DNA from: Haliotis cracherodii
Lineage: Eukaryota
Length of the DNA: 64,000 bases
NCBI RefSeq assembly: GCF_022045235.1
Contig: NW_027266330.1
Span: 31,682,001-31,746,000, forward strand
Direction of reading: 5' to 3'
Of the stretch, positions 21,745 to 33,389 are shown one piece after another. The stretch's first letter is position 1. Each line of letters begins with the position of its first letter. The notes beneath the pieces are model-generated. The model saw nothing but the letters and a program-made list of their open reading frames with translations. It was not told the origin of the DNA and did no database searches. The translations under genes and the position numbers were made by a program.

Positions 21745-24700
21745 ATCACCAATCACCCGAACCCAATATTCGAAGGACTAAATATTTTTCAGTGGAACGC
21801 CAACGGACTCACCTCCCACGGCCATGAACTAAAAACTAAATTTAAACTAAATAAAGGCCCTCACATTGCTTGTATACAGGAAACCAAATTCTCAAAAAAA
21901 TCGAAATTCACACTACCTAACTACAACTCAGTTAGAACTGACAGAGCTAAACCGAAAACAAGAAGAGCCGCAGGAGGACTAATCATATTTATCAGGGAAG
22001 ATATAAATTACGAAGAAATAAAAATAGACACGCCAAACCTAGAAGCCAACGGCATTAAAATCACATTAAATAACCGAAACATAAACATCATAAATATTTA
22101 CCACTGGGCGGAACAAAAAGTCCAACCTGAGGATCTAAACAAACTACTCAAAATAAGCGATAAATCTACTATATTCCTAGGAGACTTTAACGCTCACCAT
22201 CCTACATGGAGCATAGATGATAAAATAGATACTCATGGCAAATTAATCTCCGAATGGATAGAAACAAACGACCTAGTACTCCTTAATAGCAACCAACCCA
22301 CGAGGTACGATAAGATAAACCAAAAAATGTCGGCTATCGACCTAACCATATGCACCGCAGATCTAGCCCAAAGCACTCAATGGGAAGTGCACGACGTCCC
22401 GCTAGGTAGCGACCACTTCCCCATAAACATAACCATAGGAAATACAAACGTACCAATCCAAACAGAAAACCAAGAACCAAAATTCCATTACAACAAAGCT
22501 AACTGGGACCAATTCCAAGATATCTGCAACGAAGCTAACTTAAACGAAATAGAAAATAATGATCCAGAAACCTATTGTAAAAACCTAACAGACTATATAA
22601 TAAACGCAGCCAAAACCTCCATCCCCTTCAAAGTATCTAAGACAGGCAAACCGACGGTACCATGGTGGAATGAGGAAATAGAACAGACTAGACGAAAACG
22701 TAAATCAGCCTTCAATAAAGCAAAACGCGACTACAAATATTTAAACATAGCCCACGAACTAAACCACCAGGTTCAAAAACTAGTCCAAATAGCCAAAAGT
22801 AGAGACTGGAAAAAATTCTGCGAAGGTATAAATAACCGTACAGATGCCAGAACGGTCTGGCGCAAAATCCACGCCATTAGAGGCTTAAAACGACATAAAA
22901 AAAACCCTAACATTAACAACTCAACCAACCCCGCCCAAAAAGCAAATAATCTCGCCAACCACTTTTCGGCCGTTAGCAGTAACAGCAACTTCAGCCAAAA
23001 ATTCCAAGATAAACTTAAAACAGAAAACAAACCCACAAAAGAACCAAACAATAACAATCTAGAAATAAATCAACCCTACACAATGGAGGAGCTCCTCTAC
23101 GTAATCCAAAACAGGAAAAAGGGCACAGCCCCAGGATTAGACCTAACCTCTTACCAAATAATTAAAAAACTCCCCCTAAAACTGCTCCAGGCACTACTCA
23201 AGCTATACAATCTCATCTACCTAAACGGACAGGTTCCTACACCCTGGAAACAGGCCCTAGTCATACCAATCCCTAAACCTAATAAACCAGCTAATCAAGC
23301 TAACTCATATAGACCAATATCCCTAACTTCAAACTTATGTAAAGTAATGGAATCAATGGCTAAAAATAGATTACAACATTACTTAACCCAAAATAACACC
23401 ATAAACCCAGATCAAAGCGGTTTCACTCCTGGCCGCTCAACCCTAGATAACCTCGCCCGACTAGAACAAGATATTAAGACAGGACAACTAAATAAACAAT
23501 ATACCACAGGCATCTTCTTAGACTTCTCTAAAGCTTTCGACATGGTATGGCACGATGGGCTAATACAAAAACTTAAAAAAATAGGACTCAAAGGTCAGAT
23601 AATAAACTACATCCAGGACTTCCTAAACAATCGTAAAATAACCGTGTGTATAGACCAAACTCTATCGGACCAATGTCCCCTAGAAAATGGCACTCCACAG
23701 GGCAGTATCCTCAGCCCCACCCTCTTCAATATAATGATAAACGATCTATTCGAGGGTCTATCCCCTAAAGTAAACACATCAAAATTCGCGGATGATGGAG
23801 CCATCTGGATCCGCACTAAAAGCATGAAAATGGCCACAAATCTACTCCAAAAATCTCTTAATAAAATACAACAATGGGCTGACAAATGGGGCTTCTCCCT
23901 TAACTCAGAAAAAACAACAGGAATAGTATTCAAACATAAAAACATGAAACCCGCCTCCCCAATCCTCCAGCTAAACAACCAAACAATCAAATTTCAAAAA
24001 CAAACCAAATTCTTAGGACTTATTTTCGATGAACATCTCACCTGGGATGCTCACATCCAAAACCTAACAACTAAATGCAGTAAAGACCTAAACACCCTAA
24101 GATGCCTAACTGGCTCTAACTGGGGAGCCTCCAAAGATACTCTCCTCTCTCTCTACATATCCCTAATTAGATCAAAACTAGACTACGGCTGCGCCATATA
24201 CAACACCCTAAACAACTCTCTATCCAAAAAACTTGACTCAATACAATATCAGGCTCTCAAACTCATTACACGCACCCAACATGGCACCTCCTACACCTCA
24301 CTTCAGGCCTTAACAGGAGAAATGCCACTAAGTCTACGCAGGGAACAGCTAAGCTTAAATTTCTGGGCCGCGTCCCAATCAAACCCTCTCATCCAAAACT
24401 TAATAAACCAAAACATCAGCCCTAAAAACCAAGCTCTAGCTCGTAAACACCCCTTACTTACCCCAATATCCCAAAGAATAACAAACTACCTAAATGAACA
24501 CCAAATTAAAAATCTTAAACAAAACTGCAAACAATCAAATATCTTCACCCCTAAACTTAAAATACCCAAAATAGACACAACACTAGCTAGCCAAATAAAT
24601 AAACAAACCGACCCAAACATAGCTAAAACTACCACACTAGCATACATACACAAAAATTGGCCAAATTGGTGTCACATTTACACGGACGGATCCTCAGATC

Positions 24701-25527
24701 CGACCTCCAAACACACGGGTTTCGGAGTCCATACCACACAACCAACTAAAACCACACAATCCTTCCGACTCCCAAATAACCAATCAATATTCACGGCCGA
24801 ACTAATGGGCATGGCCTCAGCCCTCCACAATCAAGAATCCAAAAACAACCAAAAAATCCTAATACTTACTGACTCCCTAAGTGGACTACAAGCCCTCCAA
24901 AACAAAAATACCAAAAACCGACCTAAATTAATAAATCAAATACTTAAAAGCTCCAACGACCTAACAAAAGCAGGCAAACAAATAACCTTCTTGTGGATAC
25001 CCGCCCACGTAGGAATATACGGTAATGAAAACGCCGATAAAGCAGCTAAACTATCCCTCAAAATCCCAGAAATAAGCTTAAACTTACCCATCTCAAAAAC
25101 AGAAATTAAAAGTGTAAACAAACAAAAAATCACAAAAAAATGGCATAACCTATATCTAAACTCAAATAGCAAAATCAAAAGAGTGCTCAGCAAACCACTA
25201 ACCAAACCAAAAATTCTCCATCCATCAAAAAAAATCGACAGAGTAATCACTAAACTGCAAACAGGACACACCAACCTAAATAACCACCTAAAAAATTTTA
25301 AAAAACACACTACAGGTAACTGCCCACACTGCAAACAACCAGAAACCCCAGAACACGCACTCATCCACTGCACACACTACCTAACACATCGAACCGCATT
25401 ACAAACCACCCTCAATCTAAACAAGGCTCTCACTCTAGAAGCAATACTAAACCCACAAAATAAACTAGAAAACTTCAAGGCCTTAGGCGTATTCTTAATA
25501 AAAACGGAACTAATAAAACGCATCTAA
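21745..25527 (+). CDS. Copy B ORF2 (APE-RT-RNase H-CCHC), lacking an AUG at the expected start
   Basis: Frame is open from the TAA at 21742-21744; TTC at 21769 replaces the ATG seen in copy C; complete APE (QWNANG, IQET, GDFNAHH, SDH) lies largely upstream of the track's Met at 22327. Confidence 0.9.
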   Translation: MTNHPNPIFEGLNIFQWNANGLTSHGHELKTKFKLNKGPHIACIQETKFSKKSKFTLPNYNSVRTDRAKPKTRRAAGGLIIFIREDINYEEIKIDTPNLEANGIKITLNNRNINIINIYHWAEQKVQPEDLNKLLKISDKSTIFLGDFNAHHPTWSIDDKIDTHGKLISEWIETNDLVLLNSNQPTRYDKINQKMSAIDLTICTADLAQSTQWEVHDVPLGSDHFPINITIGNTNVPIQTENQEPKFHYNKANWDQFQDICNEANLNEIENNDPETYCKNLTDYIINAAKTSIPFKVSKTGKPTVPWWNEEIEQTRRKRKSAFNKAKRDYKYLNIAHELNHQVQKLVQIAKSRDWKKFCEGINNRTDARTVWRKIHAIRGLKRHKKNPNINNSTNPAQKANNLANHFSAVSSNSNFSQKFQDKLKTENKPTKEPNNNNLEINQPYTMEELLYVIQNRKKGTAPGLDLTSYQIIKKLPLKLLQALLKLYNLIYLNGQVPTPWKQALVIPIPKPNKPANQANSYRPISLTSNLCKVMESMAKNRLQHYLTQNNTINPDQSGFTPGRSTLDNLARLEQDIKTGQLNKQYTTGIFLDFSKAFDMVWHDGLIQKLKKIGLKGQIINYIQDFLNNRKITVCIDQTLSDQCPLENGTPQGSILSPTLFNIMINDLFEGLSPKVNTSKFADDGAIWIRTKSMKMATNLLQKSLNKIQQWADKWGFSLNSEKTTGIVFKHKNMKPASPILQLNNQTIKFQKQTKFLGLIFDEHLTWDAHIQNLTTKCSKDLNTLRCLTGSNWGASKDTLLSLYISLIRSKLDYGCAIYNTLNNSLSKKLDSIQYQALKLITRTQHGTSYTSLQALTGEMPLSLRREQLSLNFWAASQSNPLIQNLINQNISPKNQALARKHPLLTPISQRITNYLNEHQIKNLKQNCKQSNIFTPKLKIPKIDTTLASQINKQTDPNIAKTTTLAYIHKNWPNWCHIYTDGSSDPTSKHTGFGVHTTQPTKTTQSFRLPNNQSIFTAELMGMASALHNQESKNNQKILILTDSLSGLQALQNKNTKNRPKLINQILKSSNDLTKAGKQITFLWIPAHVGIYGNENADKAAKLSLKIPEISLNLPISKTEIKSVNKQKITKKWHNLYLNSNSKIKRVLSKPLTKPKILHPSKKIDRVITKLQTGHTNLNNHLKNFKKHTTGNCPHCKQPETPEHALIHCTHYLTHRTALQTTLNLNKALTLEAILNPQNKLENFKALGVFLIKTELIKRI

Positions 25528-25933
25528 AACCATAATAACCTACCAAATCAAAATCACATAAACAAACAATCATCCACCATACCCAGCTCCCTTAGTTCTC
25601 CTCCCCAACCCCATCAGCATCTATTCCAAATCTCAAAATTCCCAAATTCTATATAAGCAACCCCTAAAGCCCCCTCTTGGGTTGCACAGACCACCCTCGC
25701 CCCTTTCGGAAACACATTAAATGGCCTGGCCGGCCCGTGTGCGAAATACGCATCAGTCGGAAAGCGCACGTTAAATCTCCAAAGTAAGTAAGTAAGTAAG
25801 TGGAGTCCTTCACTGCATCTCAATCCGTGAGAACGAACACATCTACTTTCCAATTATCTAAATTTGGCGCTACTGAATTCCTGTAGTATTACATCCGACT
25901 GCATTCTAGTGTTGTGTCCGAAGGCCCTAGAAA

Positions 25934-26555
25934 ATGGATCCAGTTCAAGTTGCCATCAAGCTGAGACGACTCCTTATTGCCCACGACAATGCAGTGAAAG
26001 AGATCCTGACATTAGGTAAATATGAACTGTGCTCTTTTTCAGTCCCCTGCAAGCATTGCAATATCGGTATCACACTGAATTTTAGAATTGAACAAAATAA
26101 AATGATATTGTTGTGAACACATTTACCGAGATTTCTAATTACCCGTTTTATTGTTTTCAGATACCCAAGTCTACTATCTGATGCGGAAGATGACAGCCAA
26201 CTCCTCCAACAACTGCATAATCCGAGGTGAACAGCTGATCCAGAGACGATGGGTGCTGGAAGGTGTCAAGGAGATGTTTACCATCTACAGACAACTCAAG
26301 TGGCAAGAGGTGCAAGCCTGTGTAAACGCCATCACCAAAGATGCTTCTGGAGAGAGTGATTCGGAGGCGGACGGGAATGCAGATACCTCTTTCAATGACG
26401 ATGAAGCTTCCTTCACGGAACTCCTGTCCGACAGCTCATATAGTGAGGACGACGAAGACCAGGGAGACCTATACAGCAACGACAGCAGCTACGATATGAC
26501 GACTCTCAGTCGAGCTTTGTCTGTAGACGACAGTGCACTTCATAGAAACGCCTAA
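25934..26555 (+). CDS. Array gene copy 7 (separated from its TATA by LINE B), join(25934..26015,26161..26555)
   Basis: Intact frame. Confidence 0.8.
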
Positions 26556-26795
26556 GGGAAATCACAAGTCCCATCCACATCAACTAGTGCTGCATTTACC
26601 TTGTTATTCATTTTTTGTTATTGTACACAAATGTTGCCTGACAGTGTGCAAAGGGCATCCTATTATATTGTAAACCACATTTGTTTGTTGATGAATATGC
26701 TGAGGAAATAAATAATGAAGTCGATATTATAATCTTGATCATTTGCTGACACGCTCACGACATCTTGGAGACATCATTCGCATAGAAAGTTTGTG

Positions 26796-26836
<41 letters not shown>

Positions 26837-28492
26837 TAATTTGAGATGGTATCTCACAATACCAAGCCTTCCATCATTTTACTTGGTTCTGAGTATGGCA
26901 ATCATTCGAAGATATCGTCCTTAATCTATTCTTTGAAATAGGAAAAGATACAGACTAATCAATTGAAATGAAACACATTAGGTATTGATGGAGAAGAAGA
27001 GATTCCAAGGTAATGGTTGCACCATAACATTAAATACAGTTTGGAGCGTTGCAATTCGTTTGCCCGTATCCATGCCGATCCTATAGCAAAAGGATTTAGA
27101 CAGACGAACCACAACCCCATATGATATTCATCTGAGAGAGATATATGCCAGGTTGTATTTCATATTATCAGAGCATTTAATTGTTTCTCTTTCTTTTTGC
27201 AATGTACATGCCCAAGTGCTTAAGGAGAGAGTCATGCATGTTAAAAAGTGTCAATGCACACAACATGCAAAACAAAAGGAAATTGAAACATTGACATCAA
27301 CACAGGCCAAATAACATTTTTGATCCAAGTCAGCACTTGATGAATACTATTCCCCTGAAAGCACTAAAAAGTAAAGATCAGAATATCCTGACATGAAACA
27401 GTGGGATTCTTTCAAAAACAATGCTAACAACGTGCTTATGTTTATCTAGCAACATACTCCAATTTCCATCATGTGCTTTAACAGCATTCTGTATTCAAAG
27501 ATATAAATCATGACACAGTGCTTTGTAATTCTCCCCAAAACATGACAGTTATACACTGAAGATGATGTCTCTAGATCATTTAACACACATAAACTTTATT
27601 GTACATGCCTATTTATTTATATAGTAACCTTTTAAGTACCCGACGTCCACCCAAAAGCTTCTAAGATGGTAAATATCCAGATACTTAAGCCAAATGAGCT
27701 GCTTCAATTATACCATGATGATGGTATTCATCAAAAATAGTATTTGAAATGCTTCAAAACATACGTGCTGTATTTCGATCATGTAAGACGGGTTGGGAAA
27801 ATGCTCAGATTAACATAGCATTTACGACCTCCAACAGATGTGTACAATAAGTTCCAGATTTGACTGTACATGTATTCACTTTGCCTTTGCCTACCTGATT
27901 AAGGATTTTTTAGGATTGTGGACATGGTTTTCTCGGCTTTTTTAATTGAAACTAAACGTTCAGAGAAGCATGCATCAGACGATTTCCAAGCTGATAGAAG
28001 TTTCTGTGACTTGGTTTCTGTGGAAGCGAAAGTAACCACATCGGATTTTTAAGTAATACAATGTACTGCACCGTTTGATCAATCCCGATTTAATCAATTA
28101 ACAATGATTGATAATCCCTGGAGATAACAGGACTAGATTGGTTGAACTCTTCTCAGACCTGTCCCTTTATACGGAAACTTGTTTTGACAAGAAGTTGATT
28201 GGTTTCTCAAGTGGACAGTGAGATTCCTTTCGGATCAAAGCCGAATGAAGTTGCAGTGTAGCTTTGATCTCGCCACTGGCTTCGAAAATGCTCTCTTTGA
28301 TCTATAAATCTCTACTACTATGTTTATACTAAGGGTAAGTATAAATGTTTTGCAAGGACTGGAGTCCTTCACTGCATCTCAATCCGTGAAAACGAACACA
28401 TCTACTTTCCAATTATCTAAATTTGGCGCTACTGAATTCCTGTAGTATTACATCCGACTGCATTCTAGTGTTGTGTCCGAAGGCCCTAGAAA

Positions 28493-29114
28493 ATGGATCC
28501 AGTTCAAGTTGCCATCAAGCTGAGACGACTCCTTATTGCCCACGACAATGCAGTGAAAGAGATCCTGACATTAGGTAAATATGAACTGTGCTCTTTTTCA
28601 GTCCCCTGCAAGCATTGCAATATCAGTATCACACTGAATTTTAGAATTGAACAAAATAAAATGATATTGTTGTGAACACATTTACCGAGATTTCTAATTA
28701 CCCGTTTTATTGTTTTCAGATACCCAAGTCTACTATCTGATGCGGAAGATGACAGCCAACTCCTCCAACAACTGCATAATCCGAGGTGAACAGCTGATCC
28801 AGAGACGATGGGTGCTGGAAGGTGTCAAGGAGATGTTTACCATCTACAGACAACTCAAGTGGCAAGAGGTGCAAGCCTGTGTAAACGCCATCACCAAAGA
28901 TGCTTCTGGAGAGAGTGATTCGGAGGCGGACGGGAATGCAGATACCTCTTTCAATGACGATGAAGCTTCCTTCACGGAACTCCTGTCCGACAGCTCATAT
29001 AGTGAGGACGACGAAGACCAGGGAGACCTATACAGCAACGACAGCAGCTACGATATGACGACTCTCAGTCGAGCTTTGTCTGTAGACGACAGTGCACTTC
29101 ATAGAAACGCCTAA
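28493..29114 (+). CDS. Array gene copy 8, join(28493..28574,28720..29114)
   Basis: Same structure, intact. Confidence 0.85.
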
Positions 29115-31040
29115 GGGAAATCACAAGTCCCATCCACATCAACTAGTGCTGCATTTACCTTGTTATTCATTTTTTGTTATTGTACACAAATGTTGCCTGA
29201 CAGTGTGCAAAGGGCATCCTATTATATTGTAAACCACATTTGTTTGTTGATGAATATGCTGAGGAAATAAATAATGAAGTCGATATTATAATCTTGATCA
29301 TTTGCTGACACGCTCACGACATCTTGAAGACATCATTCGCATAGAAAGTTTGTGAGAGACAGAGAGAGAGAGAGAGAGAAAAGGTTAATTTGAGATGGTA
29401 TCTCACAATACCAAGCCTTCCATCATTTTACTTGGTTCTGAGTATGGCAATCATTCGAAGATATCGTCCTTAATCTATTCTTTGAAATAGGAAAAGATAC
29501 AGACTAATCAATTGAAATGAAACACATTAGGTATTGATGGAGAAGAAGAGATTCCAAGGTAATGGTTGCACCATAACATTAAATACAGTTTGGAGCGTTG
29601 CAATTCGTTTGCCCGTATCCATGCCGATCCTATAGCAAAAGGATTTAGACAGACGAACCACAACCCCATATGATATTCATCTGAGAGGATATATGCCAGG
29701 TTGTATTTCATATTATCAGAGCATTTAATTGTTTCTCTTTCTTTTTGCAATGTACATGCCCAAGTGCTTAAGGAGAGAGTCATGCATGTTAAAAAGTGTC
29801 AATGCACACAGCATGCAAAACAAAAGGAAATTGAAACATTGACATCAACACAGGCCAAATAACATTTTTGATCCAAGTCAGCACTTGATGAATACTATTC
29901 CCCTGAAAGCACTAAAAAGTAAAGATCAGAATATCCTGACATGAAACAGTGGGCATCTTTCAAAAACAATGCTAACAACGTGCTTATGTTTATCTAGCAA
30001 CATACTCCAATTTCCATCATGTGCTTTAACAGCATTCTGTATTCAAAGATATAAATCATGACACAGTGCTTTGTAATTCTCCCCAAAACATGACAGTTAT
30101 ACACTGAAGATGATGTCTCTAGATCATTTAACACACATAAACTTTATTGTACATGCCTATTTATTTATATAGTAACCTTTTAAGTACCCGACGTCCACCC
30201 AAAAGCTTCTAAGATGGTAAATATCCAGATACTTAAGCCAAATGAGCTGCTTCAATTATACCATGATGATGGTATTCATCAAAAATAGTATTTGAAATGC
30301 TTCAAAACATACGTGCTGTATTTCGATCATGTAAGACGGGTTGGGAAAATGCTCAGATTAACATAGCATTTACGACCTCCAACAGATGTGTACAATAAGT
30401 TCCAGATTTGACTGTACATGTATTCACTTTGCCTTTGCCTACCTGATTAAGGATTTTTTAGGATTGTGGACATGGTTTTCTCGGCTTTTTTAATTGAAAC
30501 TAAACGTTCAGAGAAGCATGCATCAGACGATTTCCAAGCTGATAGAAGTTTCTGTGACTTGGTTTCTGTGGAAGCGAAAGTAACCACATCGGATTTTTAA
30601 GTAATACAATGTACTGCACCGTTTGATCAATCACGATTTAATCAATTAACAATGATTGATAATCCCTGGAGATAAAAGGACTAGATTGGTTGAACTCTTC
30701 TCAGATCTCTCCCTTTATACGGAAACTTGTTTTGACAAGAAGTTGATTGGTTTCTCAAGTGGACAGTGAGATTCCTTTCGGATCAAAGCCGAATGAAGTT
30801 GCAGTGTAGCTTTGATCTCGCCACTGGCTTCGAAAATGCTCTCTTTGATCTATAAATCTCTACTACTATGTTTATACTAAGGGTAAGTATAAATGTTTTG
30901 CACGGACTGGAGTCCTTCACTGCATCTCAATCCGTGAGAACGAACACATCTACTTTCCAATTATCTAAATTTGGCGCTACTGAATTCCTGTAGTATTACA
31001 TCCGACTGCATTCTAGTGTTGTGTCCGAAGGCCCTAGAAA

Positions 31041-31662
31041 ATGGATCCAGTTCAAGTTGCCATCAAGCTGAGACGACTCCTTATTGCCCACGACAATGCA
31101 GTGAAAGAGATCCTGACATTAGGTAAATATGAACTGTGCTCTTTTTCAGTCCCCTGCAAACATGGCAATATCGGTATCACACTGAATTTTAGAATTGAAC
31201 AAAATAAAATGATATTGTTGTGAACACATTTACCGAGATTTCTAATTACCCGTTTTATTGTTTTCAGATACCCAAGTCTACTATCTGATGCGGAAGATGA
31301 CAGCCAACTCCTCCAACAACTGCATAATCCGAGGTGAACAGCTGATCCAGAGACGATGGGTGCTGGAAGTTGTCAAGGAGATGTTTACCATCTATAGACA
31401 ACTCAAGTGGCAAGAGGTGCAAGCCTGTGTAAACGCCATCACCAAAGATGCTTCTGGAGAGAGTGATTCGGGGGCGGACGGGAATGCAGATACCTCTTTC
31501 AATGACGATGAAGCTTCCTTCACGGAACTCTTGTCCGACAGCTCATATAGTGAGGACGACGAAGACCAGGGAGACCTATACAGCAACGACAGCAGCTACG
31601 ATATGACGACTCTCAGTCGAGCTTTGTCTGTAGACGACAGTGCACTTCATAGAAACGCCTAA
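31041..31662 (+). CDS. Array gene copy 9, join(31041..31122,31268..31662)
   Basis: Same structure, intact; private G>V and E>G. Confidence 0.85.
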
Positions 31663-32386
31663 GGGAAATCACAAGTCCCATCCACATCAACTAGTGCTGC
31701 ATTTACCTTGTTATTCATTTTTTTGTTATTGTACACAAATGTTGCCTGACAGTGTGCAAAGGGCATCCTATTATATTGTAAACCACATTTGTTTGTTGAT
31801 GAATATGCTGAGGAAATAAATAATGAAGTCGATATTATAATCTTGATCATTTGCTGACACGCTCACGACATCTTGAAGACATCATTCGTATAGAAAGTTT
31901 GTGAGAGAGAGAGAGAGAGAGAAAAGGTTCATTTGAGATGGTATCTCACAATACCAAGCCTTCCATCATTTTACTTGGTTCTGAGTATGGCAATCATTCG
32001 AAGATATCGTCCTTAATCTATTCTTAGGAAAAGATACAGACTAATCAATTGAAATGAAACACATTAGGTATTGATGGAGAAGAAGAGATTCCAAGGTAAT
32101 GGTTGCAACATAACATTAAATACAGTTTGGAGCGTTGCAATTCTTTTGCCCGTATCCATGCCGATCCTATAGCAAAAGGATTTAGACAGACGAACCACAA
32201 CCCCATATGATATTCATCTGAGAGAGATATATGCCAGGTTGTATTTCATATTATCAGAGCATTTAATTGTTTCTCTTTCTTTTTGCAATGTACATGCCCA
32301 AGTGCTTAAGGAGAGAGTCATGCATGTTAAAAAGTGTCAATGCACACAGCATGCAAAACAAAAGGAAATTGAAACATTGACATCAA

Positions 32387-33346
32387 ACCGCTAAATTCCC
32401 TGAAGCCCCCAAACACATATCCTTCGGAGCCCACACCAACTTAGAAGTCAAACCCTATATAAAGCAGGTTAAGCAATGTTCAAAGTGCCTCAAATACAAC
32501 CACACTGCTTCCCAATGCACCTACCCTAAAACTAAATGTAAAAAATGCGCACAAACAGACTGCCCAGGCACATGCACACCCTGGTGCATCCACTGCAAAT
32601 CCACCCAACACACCTCACTTTCAAACCAATGCCCACACAGACACACACTCACCCAGCAGGCCAACAAACACATAAACATAGAAACGGCTAAAATCCAAAC
32701 ACGAAAATTTGCTACACCTGCATCTAAACCACTCCTCCCTACACCACACCCAAACACCATCCCACAAACAAACACCACACCCATAACCCACAGCTCTGTC
32801 TGGGACCCCTACCTAGAAACCGCAACCACCTCACACACACAAGCAGCCACTCAACCAACCACGAACCCTCCCAAAACATCAACCCCCGCATGCAAAACAA
32901 ACCTCAAAATGACCACCACAACACGACCCTCATCCAAGCACCCTACAGCCCATATGGCAACAACGCTCTCCCACAAGCAAGCACAACAACAAAACACAAA
33001 CACTAAGAAAACATCAGCTACACCCATCCCGCCAACACCTTCACAACCCTCCACATCACATGCCTCCCCCATGGAAACTCAACCAGCTAAACCTAATCCA
33101 ACCCATGACGAAGATTTCTCCACTACTGAGGAAACAATAGACACTACTCCAACTAAAACAAACCAAACTTCCCAACCAGCCAACACCCCAAACCTAAATA
33201 ACCTCACCTTACTCCTAGCATATATGCATAGTCAAAACTCACCAAAAGCTAGTATGGAATCCTTCCACAAAGTAGCTTTCAATCTAAAATTAACCGATCT
33301 TCCCTTCTTCCTCTTTAACCTCCATCTAAAAGAACTCACCGAATAA
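32387..33346 (+). pseudogene. Copy C ORF1 C-terminal fragment
   Basis: Matches ORF1 of copies B/D from TAKFPEAP onward, including the zinc knuckles. Confidence 0.88.
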
Positions 33347-33389
33347 AATAAAAACTAAAAACTAAATCACCAATCACCCGAAACCAATA

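Larger units (their letters stand above)
19474..25800 (+). mobile_element. I-group non-LTR retrotransposon copy B, essentially full length (6327 bp)
   Basis: 5' UTR starts GCAGTTTG (5 nt shorter than the CAGTTGCAGTTTG start at 37438 and 37673); ORF1, ORF2, 3' UTR, (AAGT)5 tail, 11-bp TSD. Confidence 0.97.
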
